A stretch of 64,000 bases of DNA. Origin: Candidatus Bathyarchaeota archaeon (lineage in GTDB: Archaea; Thermoproteota; Bathyarchaeia; Bathyarchaeales; Bathycorpusculaceae). How positions within the stretch are numbered: position 1 is the first letter of the stretch; every line of letters starts with the position of its first letter. The DNA lies in NCBI GenBank assembly GCA_963739305.1, contig CAVTZU010000028.1:62443-126442 (forward strand). Direction: 5' to 3'. Positions 1 to 10,323 of this stretch are shown piece by piece. The translations under genes were made by a program, and so were the position numbers. The notes beneath the pieces were generated by a model that was not told the DNA's origin, made no database searches, and saw only the letters and a list, made by a program, of their open reading frames with translations.

Positions 1-1005
1 TTCTCTTGCTTCTAACGCCGGTCCAACCGCGCTCCCAAGGGGCTGTTCACCGAAGGTGACTCCGACTTGAACGTTCATTCCTAAACGTTTTCCCAAGTCC
101 ATGAAATCGGCTGCAAGAGCTTCTGCCTCACCGATGGTTTTTATCTTCGCTCCTCTTCCGGTTGGTATGTCCAACACGACGTGCGTCGCACCTATGGCTT
201 TCTTCTTGCTCATGATTGAAGGAAGAAGCATTGGGTCTATCGCCAACGGATACTCGACTTGAATAAAGATATCATCAGCAGGCGCCAACTCGAGTGCCCC
301 TCCCCACACCAAGCAGCCATTCGTCTTTTCGACGACGCCTCTTATTTCATCAACCGACAATTTTACTGGACACAAAACTTCCACGCGATCTGCAGTTCCG
401 GCTGGCGAGGTCACGGCTCTTGATGACGTTTTTGGGATCGTGAAACCAGCAGCTGCGATTATCGGCACGACGAGGATTGACGTCTTGTCTCCCGGAATGC
501 CGCCGATGCTGTGTTTGTCGAGTATCGGCTTCTTCCCCAGCGCCAAGGTGCTTCCAGTCTCCACCATTGCCCTAGACAACGATTCAGCTTCTTCCATGCT
601 CATCCCGTGAATGTAAAGAGCGGTGAGAAAAGATGCTAGTTCAATGTTGCTGAGGTGGCCTTCAACGACATCATGGATTATTGAGACTATCTCATTTTCT
701 CGCAGCCGACTGTTGTTGATTTTTGCCTGGATGTAACTGAGCGATTCTGGAAGATTGACAGATTCGACTTCAACGTTCTCTTCCCCTACTATGTCCAGTT
801 TCTTAGCTGGCTCTTCATAGAGACCGATTGACTTGCGCGAGAAATTGGCGGCTACGTTCACTATCGCGACCGCCTCCTTATCCCTGTAGGATATTCTCAC
901 TCTGTCAGAAGAGAGAACGCCCAGGTAGTTTGCAGATGTCTCATCAAGCACCGCAACGCTTCTACCGCCTGCTTGTATATGCAGAAGTTTCGCCTTGAGC
1001 TTCAT
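1..1005 (-). CDS. deoA: AMP phosphorylase (thymidine phosphorylase family), 3' end beyond window
   Basis: Manual translation from ATG at 1005: MKLKAKLLHIQAGG...ILDKHSIGGIPGDKTS...IPKTSSRAVTSPAGTADRVEVL; not in the ORF track because it runs off the edge; adjacent to RuBisCO and R15P isomerase. Confidence 0.93.
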   Translation of the reverse strand, partial: MKLKAKLLHIQAGGRSVAVLDETSANYLGVLSSDRVRISYRDKEAVAIVNVAANFSRKSIGLYEEPAKKLDIVGEENVEVESVNLPESLSYIQAKINNSRLRENEIVSIIHDVVEGHLSNIELASFLTALYIHGMSMEEAESLSRAMVETGSTLALGKKPILDKHSIGGIPGDKTSILVVPIIAAAGFTIPKTSSRAVTSPAGTADRVEVLCPVKLSVDEIRGVVEKTNGCLVWGGALELAPADDIFIQVEYPLAIDPMLLPSIMSKKKAIGATHVVLDIPTGRGAKIKTIGEAEALAADFMDLGKRLGMNVQVGVTFGEQPLGSAVGPALEARE

Positions 1006-1088
1006 CAATACCACACCCGCACACTATAAGCGCGGTTGAAATTAAAGCCTTTAAGCAACCTAGACCAAACAATTCGAAGCACAGGGGT

Positions 1089-2324
1089 TTGCTAATCTTG
1101 AGATACGTGGATTTTGTCGACTTGAAATACAAGCCGAACGAGACGGAAGTTATCTGCACCTTCCTAGTCGAGCCACAAGGAGTAAGCATGAAAGAAGCCG
1201 CAGGTGCAGTTGCTGCTGAAAGCTCCATAGGAACGTGGACAGAGCTGACAACGATCAAACCATACGTCGAAAGACTTGCCGCTCACGTGTTCAGCATCAA
1301 AGACAACACTGCAAAAATCGCGTATCCAATAGAGCTCTTCGAGCCTGGAAACATGCCTAACATCCTCAGTAGCGTCGCGGGAAACGTCTTCGGACTGAGA
1401 ACTCTGAAAAACCTGCACCTCGACGACGTGGATTTCCCAGACAGGCTTGCAAAAAGCTTCAAAGGCCCAAAGTACGGAGTCGAAGGAGTCCGCAAAATCT
1501 TGAAAGTCTACGATCGCCCGTTGGTGGGAACGATCATCAAACCAAAGCTCGGCCTGAAAACTAATGACCACGCTGAAGTCGCCTTCGAGGCGTGGGCTGG
1601 AGGGTGTGACATCGTCAAGGACGACGAGAACCTGAGCAGCCAAAAGTTCAACACCTTCGAAGATCGGTTAGTGCGCACGCTTGAAAGTAGAGACCGAGCC
1701 GAAAAAGAGACAGGCGAAAGAAAAGTCTACATGATCAACGTCACGGCGGAAACAAATGAAATGCTGAGAAGAGCCGAACTCGTCCTCAAACATGGTGGAG
1801 AATACGCGATGATCGACATACTCACATGCGGCTTCTCAGCCCTGCAAACATTCAGGGAGCGGAACTTCAACCTCGTGATTCACGCACACAGAGCCGGACA
1901 CGCTGCCGTTACAAAAAACCCCAAACACGGAATCTCGATGCGCGTCTTGTCAAAAATAGCGCGAATAATAGGAGTCGATCAACTTCACGTTGGCACAGTG
2001 GTTGGAAAAATGTTTGAAACAAAACAGGAAGTCGCAGAAAACTGCGACGCCCTGAAAATGCCAATGGCAAGCATGAAAAAAGTCATGCCGGTCGCCTCAG
2101 GCGGGCTATATCCCGCGCTTGTTCCAGCGCTAGTGGAATTCTTCGGCGCCGACTTTGTCATCCAAGCGGGAGGAGGCATCCACGGTCACAAAGACGGCAC
2201 GATGGCAGGAGCCAAAGCCATGAGACAAGCCGTGGACGCGGCGTTGAAAGGCGTAACTCTAGCAGAATACTCGCGGAAACACAAGGAATTGAAAGCAGCC
2301 CTCGAAACCTGGAAGAACGCTTGA
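1089..2324 (+). CDS. rbcL: Form III RuBisCO large subunit
   Basis: AAESSIGTW, GTIIKPKLG, IVKDDEN, HAHRAGH, QLHVG..GKM, PVASGG, QAGGGIHGH all present; true start may be TTG 1098. Confidence 0.96.
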   Translation: MLILRYVDFVDLKYKPNETEVICTFLVEPQGVSMKEAAGAVAAESSIGTWTELTTIKPYVERLAAHVFSIKDNTAKIAYPIELFEPGNMPNILSSVAGNVFGLRTLKNLHLDDVDFPDRLAKSFKGPKYGVEGVRKILKVYDRPLVGTIIKPKLGLKTNDHAEVAFEAWAGGCDIVKDDENLSSQKFNTFEDRLVRTLESRDRAEKETGERKVYMINVTAETNEMLRRAELVLKHGGEYAMIDILTCGFSALQTFRERNFNLVIHAHRAGHAAVTKNPKHGISMRVLSKIARIIGVDQLHVGTVVGKMFETKQEVAENCDALKMPMASMKKVMPVASGGLYPALVPALVEFFGADFVIQAGGGIHGHKDGTMAGAKAMRQAVDAALKGVTLAEYSRKHKELKAALETWKNA

Positions 2325-2332
2325 CAGCCTAG

Positions 2333-3262
2333 CTATTCGAAGACCCACGGATACTTTCTGTGCATCACTTCAGTTACGGAATGAGGAGAGACAATTCCCT
2401 CTTCACATATTATGCCATGGATAAAATCTCTTCTCGTGACGTCGAACGCCGGATTTCTAATGACGAGCTCCTTCGGCGGGTCCTTCCAAACCTCGCGAGG
2501 ACTCCTTTCCTCGATTTTCTCGTAGTCCCCGTACATCGTCGCAGGATCAAACTTCAACAATTCAGAGACCACGTAGAACGGTGTCCGAGATTCAGCTGCG
2601 ACCAGGGCAACCGTGCTCGTTCCAATTTTGTTAATCACGTTTCCTTCCGAAGTGATAGCGTCGGCACCTACGAGGACCAAATCAACGTCATTCATGAAGA
2701 ACCGAGCTGCGGAATCAACGATAAAACTCGTTTTCACGCCGATTTCCAGCATTTCCTTGGCAGTCGTCTGCCCCTGAAGTACAGGCCTGGTTTCCGTGCA
2801 AATCATTTCGAACGATTTTCCTTCACGCTTCGCCTCTTTCAGCAGGTTTGTGACCGTTGAGGAGTGACAGTGGGTCAGAATCACCGAGTCATGTCTGATT
2901 CTTCGGGCCCCAATCTCGGCTATTCTCTTGCTGGACTCTTCGAGTTGTGAAAGAAACTGCCCTGAAGCCTGAGAAACTATTTCCGCAAGCTTTTTCACGT
3001 TTCTCTCTTCATTCTTTTCGACCCTGTTAACGATGAGCCTTAGAGCATTCCTCATCAAAGGTTCAGTGGGTCTTGAAGAGAAGAAGATGTCCTTTGCTTT
3101 GACAAGCTCTCTGACAAAGTCCTTTTTCGTCGGAGCTTCGGTTCTATCTGCAAGCGCTTCCACAGCTTTTATTGCAGCGATAGCCACGTTTCTTGCACCC
3201 TGAACCTCAAGTCGCCTTATCCTCTTCACAGTTGATTGAACTGCGTCGGACAACTGATTCAC
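2333..3262 (-). CDS. Ribose-1,5-bisphosphate isomerase (eIF-2B-like)
   Basis: EVQGARNVA, SRPTEP, LTHCHSS (catalytic Cys), ETRP, GADAI..NKIGT, NPAFDVT; pathway context. Confidence 0.92.
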   Translation of the reverse strand: MNQLSDAVQSTVKRIRRLEVQGARNVAIAAIKAVEALADRTEAPTKKDFVRELVKAKDIFFSSRPTEPLMRNALRLIVNRVEKNEERNVKKLAEIVSQASGQFLSQLEESSKRIAEIGARRIRHDSVILTHCHSSTVTNLLKEAKREGKSFEMICTETRPVLQGQTTAKEMLEIGVKTSFIVDSAARFFMNDVDLVLVGADAITSEGNVINKIGTSTVALVAAESRTPFYVVSELLKFDPATMYGDYEKIEERSPREVWKDPPKELVIRNPAFDVTRRDFIHGIICEEGIVSPHSVTEVMHRKYPWVFE

Positions 3263-3312
3263 CTTCGATTGATCGTCCGCAAAATACTACATGAAAGTAG
3301 AATAAGCTTTCC

Positions 3313-3909
3313 CTATCTGGCGTACCGATCGTTCGTCCAAACGTCCGCCGTATCGCTGTATCCGAGTCTCTCCCAGTACCCAAGCTCCTTCTTCAAAGTG
3401 AAAGTTATCCTGATGACCCACAAGGCGCTCTTGTAGGCATACTTCTCTGGAACAACGAGCCTCAAAGGAAACCCAATGCCTTCCTCGAGCGGCTTGCCGT
3501 TCAAACCATAAGCCAGCACGACATCGTCACCCGAAAGTTCTTCGGTCGACAGTGAAGTCGTGTATCCGTCGGCGCACAGAAACGTGACGAACTTGGCATT
3601 CTCTCTGGGCTTAACTAGATTGATAATCTCGCTGAAACGTATGCCTTCCCATTTGCAGTCGAGAACGCTCCATCCTTCAACGCAGTGAAAGTTGCTTACA
3701 GAATGAACCTTTGGAAGCCCAAGCACAGCATTCCAGTTCAGTCTAACTGGGTTCTCGACTTCGCCGCCGATTTCCAAAATGTAGGTTTTCAAGTCGATCT
3801 TGGGGTTGGATCGAGCGATACCCGGATGGTCGATCCCCCATCTAAGGAGACTTTTTATCGGTCTCTGACCGGGAGGAAGCTTGCCTCGGTCTTTTTTTCC
3901 TTGATTCAT
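3313..3909 (-). CDS. Molybdopterin-dependent oxidoreductase (sulfite oxidase/MsrP-like Moco domain)
   Basis: LPPGQ, FHCVEGWS, GFPLRLVVP.KYAYKSALW, GYWE..GYS. Confidence 0.88.
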   Translation of the reverse strand: MNQGKKDRGKLPPGQRPIKSLLRWGIDHPGIARSNPKIDLKTYILEIGGEVENPVRLNWNAVLGLPKVHSVSNFHCVEGWSVLDCKWEGIRFSEIINLVKPRENAKFVTFLCADGYTTSLSTEELSGDDVVLAYGLNGKPLEEGIGFPLRLVVPEKYAYKSALWVIRITFTLKKELGYWERLGYSDTADVWTNDRYAR

Positions 3910-3985
3910 TATCGCTCAAGAAGAATGATTCCGTGTCGGAAATAAGCCTTGCGAGAGCAAATTCTCCATTGTGACAAAATAGCGT

Positions 3986-5089
3986 TCAAGCGGATTCAAA
4001 GAAACTTGTAAGTCGAGCCTGCTCCTCTTCAATCACAGCGAGGTTCGATAGTTTCACCCCGACTCTTCGAATGTCCAGCTCGCTCTCTTCAATAAACTTC
4101 TCGAACAGTTCTCTCACTATCCTCTTCATCAAATAGACGCTGTTTGACGGCGAATCTAAAGACCTCGACCTTGAATAAGTCCTCAGATCAACCGTGATCG
4201 CAATTATTCCTACCGTTTTGAAAGTCAATCTCTCTTCCAAGACCCTGTTATAGAGGTCATCGCACAGTTCCGTTGCCTTCTCCATGACAGCGTCAACGTC
4301 ACGAGTGTTCTGTCTCAATGTTGCGATTCTGCTTATCGATTCTGCTTCCCCTTTTTCTTGCACAGGCTCATTGTCCAGTCCCTGTGAGGCGTTGTAGAAG
4401 TATGTCCCGAGAGTCTTACCGAAGACGCCGACAAGCTTCTGCACATCAGTCTTAGCAAGTTCGCCGATTGTGCAGACGTGCATGCTCTGCATCCTCATCA
4501 GGGTTTTCTTTCCAACACCGATCAAACGGTCGACGGGCAAGGGCTGAAGGAAGCTTGATACATGATTCGGGGTTACGACGGTCAACCCGTCAGGTTTTTT
4601 TTCGTCCGCGGCAATCTTGGCGATCAATTTGTTAGGTCCAACGCCTATCGAGCAAGTGAGCCGCTCCAGCTTGAACAGTTCGTTCTTGACTGTTCTCCCG
4701 AATTCCTCGGCAAAAGAAAAGTCTGCTTTCGTCTTGTCTGAAACATCCAGAAAAGCTTCGTCAATCCCCACCTGCTCGAACGCATCAGCAAACCTCTTCA
4801 AAACGGTCATCACTCTCCCAGAGACTTCCTCATAGAAGTCGTAGTCAACGGGCAGAAAAACCGAATCAACGCCTTCTAGCTTCTTCTTGGCAAGATAAAT
4901 CGGTATGCCCGACCTCACCCCATATTTCCTTGCAACATAGTTCGCCGTGCTGACAGCTCCACTGTCCTCAGTGCGTCCAGAATAGACGCAGACGACAACG
5001 GGTTTCTCCTTTATCGACGGGTTCCTCAACTCCTCGCATTGAGCAAAGAAGTAGTCCAGATCAACGAGCATGATAACTCTGGAAGCCAA
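3986..5089 (-). CDS. dinB: Y-family DNA polymerase IV
   Basis: VDLDYFFAQCE, STANYVAR.YGV.SG, IDEAFLD, NKLIAKIA...KPDG, GVGKKT. Confidence 0.95.
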   Translation of the reverse strand: MASRVIMLVDLDYFFAQCEELRNPSIKEKPVVVCVYSGRTEDSGAVSTANYVARKYGVRSGIPIYLAKKKLEGVDSVFLPVDYDFYEEVSGRVMTVLKRFADAFEQVGIDEAFLDVSDKTKADFSFAEEFGRTVKNELFKLERLTCSIGVGPNKLIAKIAADEKKPDGLTVVTPNHVSSFLQPLPVDRLIGVGKKTLMRMQSMHVCTIGELAKTDVQKLVGVFGKTLGTYFYNASQGLDNEPVQEKGEAESISRIATLRQNTRDVDAVMEKATELCDDLYNRVLEERLTFKTVGIIAITVDLRTYSRSRSLDSPSNSVYLMKRIVRELFEKFIEESELDIRRVGVKLSNLAVIEEEQARLTSFFESA

Positions 5090-5155
5090 GGACCCATACC
5101 CACTGATGAAAAACTGCAGAAATGATTTACGTCTTTCCTCTTCCCAAGTTTCAAA

Positions 5156-5545
5156 CTACGTTTCCGTTACCTGAAGCTCCAACCTCTCGCCGCTACGATT
5201 GTAGACCGCAACGCAGGCCTCGCCGTCGAAAGGAGATGCCACGATCATAAGAACCCTTCCGAACATGTGGTTAAGATCGGTCGTTGACGGCCTGAAGTTG
5301 CCAGAAGGGTGAGAGTGAACTGTTCCCATTATCGAAAAATCCATGGGCATCATATAAATCGGGATATGAGCGAAGCCGTGTCCGTAACTGGCCAATGGAG
5401 GAACAAGCAAGTCCGTGACCACAACCAGGTCCTTGGTCTTTTTTCCTCTCAGAAGCAAGATCGTTTCTTTCGGGAAAAGCCTTTTTGCACCCTCGAAAAT
5501 CGCTTCTAACAATTCTCGCCTGATTGAAACCGCCTTCGTTCCCAT
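5156..5545 (-). CDS. JAMM/MPN+ metalloprotease
   Basis: E...HSHPSG..PS..D JAMM motif. Confidence 0.88.
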   Translation of the reverse strand: MGTKAVSIRRELLEAIFEGAKRLFPKETILLLRGKKTKDLVVVTDLLVPPLASYGHGFAHIPIYMMPMDFSIMGTVHSHPSGNFRPSTTDLNHMFGRVLMIVASPFDGEACVAVYNRSGERLELQVTET

Positions 5546-5702
5546 GCTTCAACGCTCCATCGCTTCAACTCGCCCCGCGCATTCAAATATACCTTTAGCC
5601 CTCACCAGCCCTGAAAACCGACGTCAGCCCAAGCGTGCCCTGCAAGGAAAGCCGAGTTTTCAAGCGTCGGTCAGATGCTCTCCAGCAGCTGATCACGCAT
5701 AT

Positions 5703-5936
5703 TCACGGGTAGGTGTGAGCGTCCACTTCAACTTCTCTTGGCAGCCTTTTTATCCTAATCTCTATGCTTGCTGGCTCTTCTTTCCCCGTCTCCTTCAGAG
5801 TCTTCAAGAGACCGATCATCATGTTCGCCAGAGTCTCCTGCATGAAATGGTTCAGAGGCAACTTGATATTGTTCAGTCGCACTTCAGTTTCGAAACTCTT
5901 CTTCAACACTCTATGTTTGGAACTCAACAAATTCAC
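5703..5936 (-). CDS. Small hypothetical protein
   Basis: 77-aa ORF with natural-looking composition, co-oriented with downstream genes. Confidence 0.55.
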   Translation of the reverse strand: MNLLSSKHRVLKKSFETEVRLNNIKLPLNHFMQETLANMMIGLLKTLKETGKEEPASIEIRIKRLPREVEVDAHTYP

Positions 5937-6072
5937 CCTTGAGAACAGTCTGCTGCCAACGCTGATAACGATTACGGTGAACAGAAGCTGGGAACTGCCC
6001 CCTTTTTAGGGGGCGCGAAATAATCAAAACACACTTAAGAGCATCCAGCACTTTTTGACACGGTCGTGAATA

Positions 6073-6873
6073 TTGCGAACCTGGCGGCTATTGAAACCTG
6101 AAACGCACAGCGCGTTCATGAATATGGCGATCGACGAGAGCATCCTGAAATCGAAGACAGATCATCTCGTGCCTAGTACGGTCCGTTTTTACCGTTGGGA
6201 ACCATCTGCTGTTTCAATTGGAAGGTTCCAAGATGCAGAGAAAGAAACTCACTTGGCAAACTGCAGAAAACACGGCATCGACGTCGTCAGGAGGATAACG
6301 GGCGGAGGCGCGGTGTACCACGATTCTGCAGACGAGATCACGTACAGCGTAATCGCCGACAGAGATGATCTCGGAACAGAAGACATCGCTGACATCTACG
6401 CCAAGATCTATTCTGGCCTGACCAAAGCACTTGCAATACTTGGAGTAAACGCGGATTTTAACCAGGGCAGCGTAAAGGCATGCCCTAACCTAACCGTCAG
6501 AGGCAGAAAAATATCTGGAAGTGCTCAGGCTCACAGACACGGGGTAGTATTGCAGCATGGAACTCTGCTTACCAAAGTCAACCTTGAAAGGATGTTCAGG
6601 TTTCTGCGGGTACCGTGGGCACAAACCTGTTTTCAAGTTGTGAGGGTTGCTGAAAGCAGGATCACTTCGATAAGCTCTGAAACCGGACGAGACTCATCTG
6701 ACGACGAAATAATCAATGCACTCGTGAGAGGCTTTGAAAGCGGCTTGGACATAAAAATGAAGAACGGAAGATTGACTCCAAAAGAGCTTGAATCTGCCGA
6801 AGACCTTTGCGAGACGAAATATGCTACAGACGCCTGGAACCTCAGGAGCTGCAGCTCACTCCAAGAGCAGTAG
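6073..6873 (+). CDS. Lipoate-protein ligase A family protein
   Basis: NMAIDE, VRFYRW, VVRRITGGGAVYHD, GRKISGSAQ, LQHGTLL. Confidence 0.92.
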   Translation: MRTWRLLKPETHSAFMNMAIDESILKSKTDHLVPSTVRFYRWEPSAVSIGRFQDAEKETHLANCRKHGIDVVRRITGGGAVYHDSADEITYSVIADRDDLGTEDIADIYAKIYSGLTKALAILGVNADFNQGSVKACPNLTVRGRKISGSAQAHRHGVVLQHGTLLTKVNLERMFRFLRVPWAQTCFQVVRVAESRITSISSETGRDSSDDEIINALVRGFESGLDIKMKNGRLTPKELESAEDLCETKYATDAWNLRSCSSLQEQ

Positions 6874-7375
6874 CAAGTCGCCTCAGATCTTCGTCGCTCA
6901 TCCATTCAGTCTTCAGATAAAGACAGATTCTCTGTTCACTCATTCCGAGCCTGCGGGCCTCTTTGACCGCAGCTCGATAAGCTTCAATCTCCGTTGGTCT
7001 CTCGGTGTACGAGTAGTGGATGTCGAAAAGCTCCTTTCCCTCGTTGAACTGTTTGACGTGGACGAGTTCATGTATCAGATCGAGGTATATGTCGACTTTG
7101 TCGCCTTCGTTCATGTACCTCGTGCTTATCATCAGGTGACCGTCAAGATTATCGACAAACATGTAGCCGCCTATCCACGTGAACTCGATCTTCAGATTTT
7201 CTAGAATCTCATCGGTTTTTTCTCCGAATGTGTCTCTGACGGCCTGGACTTTTTCCATACCTTTGAAGTAGTCGGTGAAATAGTGGGTCGAGCCCCTCGT
7301 GCTTAAGATCTGTCTCAAGCGCAACAATCTGATAAGTCGAAATACGTTTGGAACCAGAATTTCAGCGGCGTTCAT
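6842..7375 (-). CDS. Putative zinc metallopeptidase (HExxH)
   Basis: LIHELVHVKQ...PTEIEAY motif; start uncertain. Confidence 0.65.
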   Translation of the reverse strand: MNAAEILVPNVFRLIRLLRLRQILSTRGSTHYFTDYFKGMEKVQAVRDTFGEKTDEILENLKIEFTWIGGYMFVDNLDGHLMISTRYMNEGDKVDIYLDLIHELVHVKQFNEGKELFDIHYSYTERPTEIEAYRAAVKEARRLGMSEQRICLYLKTEWMSDEDLRRLATALGVSCSS

Positions 7376-7433
7376 TTTCTCCAGACACTCTTCAAGGATT
7401 TTTGAGTTAATTTCCTCTTAACCAAAGCTTGCT

Positions 7434-8867
7434 TCAGTGTTTCTCAATTCTCCATCTAACGCCCTGAGCAGTATCTTCGACTATTACGCCCATGATTCTG
7501 AGTTGATCTCTTAGCTCGTCAGCCGTTTTCCAGTCTTTGGATTTTCGGGCTTCCTCTCGTTTTCGAATCAGCTCCATCGCTTCGCTTGGAAGTTCTTCTG
7601 TCTTTTTCACTTGGCCGATGACGCCTAAAGCCTCGTCGAATTTGAGCATCAAGCCGTACACTTCACGTCCTTCTTCCTTGCTTACCTCACCATTATCCAA
7701 AAGATTGTTTACGTCTCTGACAAAATCGAAAAGATGAGCTAGAGCGACGCTTATGTTCAGGTCGTCATCCATAGCCGACTCAAATCCCCTTTGCACACCG
7801 TCGACAAGTTGTTTCAGTTTGTCCCCTGCAGGTTTGCCGTTTGTCTCAAGCAGACGATGCACGAAGTTTCTCAAACGATCAAGCGCTTTCTGGGCTGCTT
7901 CCAACCCTTCAAAAGTGAAGTTGATCTGCTGCCTGTAATGCACGGACATCATCAAATATCGGATCGCAATTGGATCAAAGCCTTTCCCGGTTAGATCCTT
8001 CAGAGTGTAATAATTGTGAAGTCTCTTGGCCATCTTCTTTCCTTCAACGAGCAAGTGTTCGTTGTGCAGCCAATAGTTCACAAATTTCTTCCCCGTCGCC
8101 GATTCGCTCTGGGCTATCTCGTTTTCATGATGCGGAAACAGGTTATCGACGCCGCCGCAGTGAATGTCAAAGGTTTCTCCCAAATACTTCATCGACATCG
8201 CGGAGCACTCGACGTGCCAGCCGGGTCTTCCTTTGCCCACCTCCGTTTCCCAGTAAACGTCGCCGTCATCCTTGTCCCAAGCCTTCCACAGAACGAAATC
8301 AGACGCCTCTTCCTTGGCGTACTCATCGACCTTAACTCTCGCGCCTGGCTTGAGATCTTCAACTTGAATCTTGGCAAGCTTCCCGTAGTCTTTGACCTTT
8401 GATATGTTGAAGTAGATCGAGCCGTCTTCCCCTCTATACGCGTAGCCTTTTTCCAGAAGCTTCTTAACGAGTGCCACCATTTCCGGAATATGATCGGTTG
8501 CTTTCGGATAGTGAGTAGCTCTCTCAAGGTTCAATGCATCAATGTCTTCGAAGAACGCTTTGGTGAATCGCTCCGTATACTCCTTCAACTGTACACCCTG
8601 AGTTCTCGATGCCTTGATGGTCCTGTCATCCACATCCGTCAAATTCATAACATGTACAACTTGAAAGCCTCGGTACTCAAGCCACCTTTTCAGCATGTCT
8701 TCGAACAGGAATGCCCTCAAGTTGCCAATGTGAACGTAATCATAGACCGTGGGGCCACAAGTGTACATCTTCACGTGGCCCGGTTCCATTGGAACGAACC
8801 TCTCCTTTTCGCGCGTCAGAGTGTTGAAAAACTGAATGCTACTGGACTGCATACTCGCTTTTCCCAT
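7434..8867 (-). CDS. cysS: Cysteine--tRNA ligase
   Basis: CGPTVYD..HIGN, GRPGWHVECSAM, HCGGVD..FPHHENE, KKMAK (KMSK-like). Confidence 0.97.
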   Translation of the reverse strand: MGKASMQSSSIQFFNTLTREKERFVPMEPGHVKMYTCGPTVYDYVHIGNLRAFLFEDMLKRWLEYRGFQVVHVMNLTDVDDRTIKASRTQGVQLKEYTERFTKAFFEDIDALNLERATHYPKATDHIPEMVALVKKLLEKGYAYRGEDGSIYFNISKVKDYGKLAKIQVEDLKPGARVKVDEYAKEEASDFVLWKAWDKDDGDVYWETEVGKGRPGWHVECSAMSMKYLGETFDIHCGGVDNLFPHHENEIAQSESATGKKFVNYWLHNEHLLVEGKKMAKRLHNYYTLKDLTGKGFDPIAIRYLMMSVHYRQQINFTFEGLEAAQKALDRLRNFVHRLLETNGKPAGDKLKQLVDGVQRGFESAMDDDLNISVALAHLFDFVRDVNNLLDNGEVSKEEGREVYGLMLKFDEALGVIGQVKKTEELPSEAMELIRKREEARKSKDWKTADELRDQLRIMGVIVEDTAQGVRWRIEKH

Positions 8868-9001
8868 AGAGAATGAGACGGAGCATATTTAAGCATTATA
8901 CCATCAAACGACAACTTTAGCCTGGGACCGTTCAGTCATTCCGAGCAACCGATACGAATAATAACGGTTCACAATCATTTCATTCAGCAGTCGGTGAAAG
9001 A

Positions 9002-10228
9002 ATGAACAAACTTAAACTCCTCGTCTTGATTGAAATGGCTATTCTCGCCGTTTCCGCCACGTCTTTAGTTTCTCGTTCATTCTGCCAATCCTCCAATGAC
9101 GTTTGGATCGTTCACGACACGATTGATCCTACTCTCGAAGGGGTGAGATGGCAAGAAACCGGAGTAATCGATCAGGCTCCATCTTGGATAACCGACGGCA
9201 GATGGCTCGAGGTGTCAACGCGGGAAAATCTGGTCAGCCCCAACGACATCTTCGTCTCGATGTATGAACTTTTCAACTGGTCACTCGTGAAAACAGCGTA
9301 CAATCTTCAGTTCGCCACGTTCAATGATTTCACCCAGTATCTAGTTAACAATCCCGACTGGTGGCTCGAAGAGACTTGGCTACTAGATACATCTTGGTAC
9401 GGAATAGCGACCAACACAACAGGCATAAGCTGGTCATTCAACCAGCTCAACTCTGAAGCGCAACTCTGGACATGGTACCACATCACACGCATACCTGAAT
9501 ATTTCGTCGGAAGCGAACGACTGTCCAACTGGCTCGTCGGTTTTGACTTGACACCAATTTCAATCGGAAACTTGGAGATCTACCAGTTTTCTGAGGACAC
9601 AAATCAGGCAGGGTCTCAGTACAACCTCTACTTCAAAGCTCCAGCCAACATTCTCACGCAGCACTCCAACAACTACACCCTCACTCTCGGAGTCAACCCA
9701 CTCAATGCTGGTCGAACGCTCAATATCGACCAGTGGGTTGACGTGAACATGCCTGCAGACACGGAAATAAAGGAGACATCACCATCCAACATGTCCCTTA
9801 TGAAGGGCAACACTGCCACTTTTGTAATATCCAAAGATGATCCTCTTCCAACCTCATTCACAGTGGTAAGCGGTTCGCCGTCGAAGAGCTTCAGTCAAGT
9901 AGTCTGGGAAAGCGCGAGCGTCTGGTTGCTGACCCCGGGAGGATGGGCAGCCATGGCCACACTCGTGGTTCTCTCCTATACGGCTTTCAGAGGCAGAAGA
10001 ATCTGGGGCCGAAGCAAGCTATACCACCGGATGTACAAGAGCATGGTTACGATTTTCAACCTCTACTCCTCAGATATCATAAAGTTTCACCAAGAAATGG
10101 CCAACATCTCATCCTCTGTCTTCAACCTGCTCATCGAAGACAAGATCACTGACGAACAGTTCGAAAAACTGCTTGTAAGAAGGGATGATCTCGTGAAAAG
10201 AGTGCAAGGGGAACCCCCGAAACCTTAA
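9002..10228 (+). CDS. Secreted, C-terminally membrane-anchored hypothetical protein
   Basis: N-terminal signal-like helix, aromatic/Ser/Thr-rich ectodomain, TM helix, short cytoplasmic helical tail. Confidence 0.7.
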   Translation: MNKLKLLVLIEMAILAVSATSLVSRSFCQSSNDVWIVHDTIDPTLEGVRWQETGVIDQAPSWITDGRWLEVSTRENLVSPNDIFVSMYELFNWSLVKTAYNLQFATFNDFTQYLVNNPDWWLEETWLLDTSWYGIATNTTGISWSFNQLNSEAQLWTWYHITRIPEYFVGSERLSNWLVGFDLTPISIGNLEIYQFSEDTNQAGSQYNLYFKAPANILTQHSNNYTLTLGVNPLNAGRTLNIDQWVDVNMPADTEIKETSPSNMSLMKGNTATFVISKDDPLPTSFTVVSGSPSKSFSQVVWESASVWLLTPGGWAAMATLVVLSYTAFRGRRIWGRSKLYHRMYKSMVTIFNLYSSDIIKFHQEMANISSSVFNLLIEDKITDEQFEKLLVRRDDLVKRVQGEPPKP

Positions 10229-10323
10229 CAAAACGAGAAGGCACCAACGGAAAAGCGTGAATTTGTGGAATAGCTCTCTACTTTCTTGCAGTTCGATCCG
10301 AGACAGAAATTCGTTTTCGGCAT

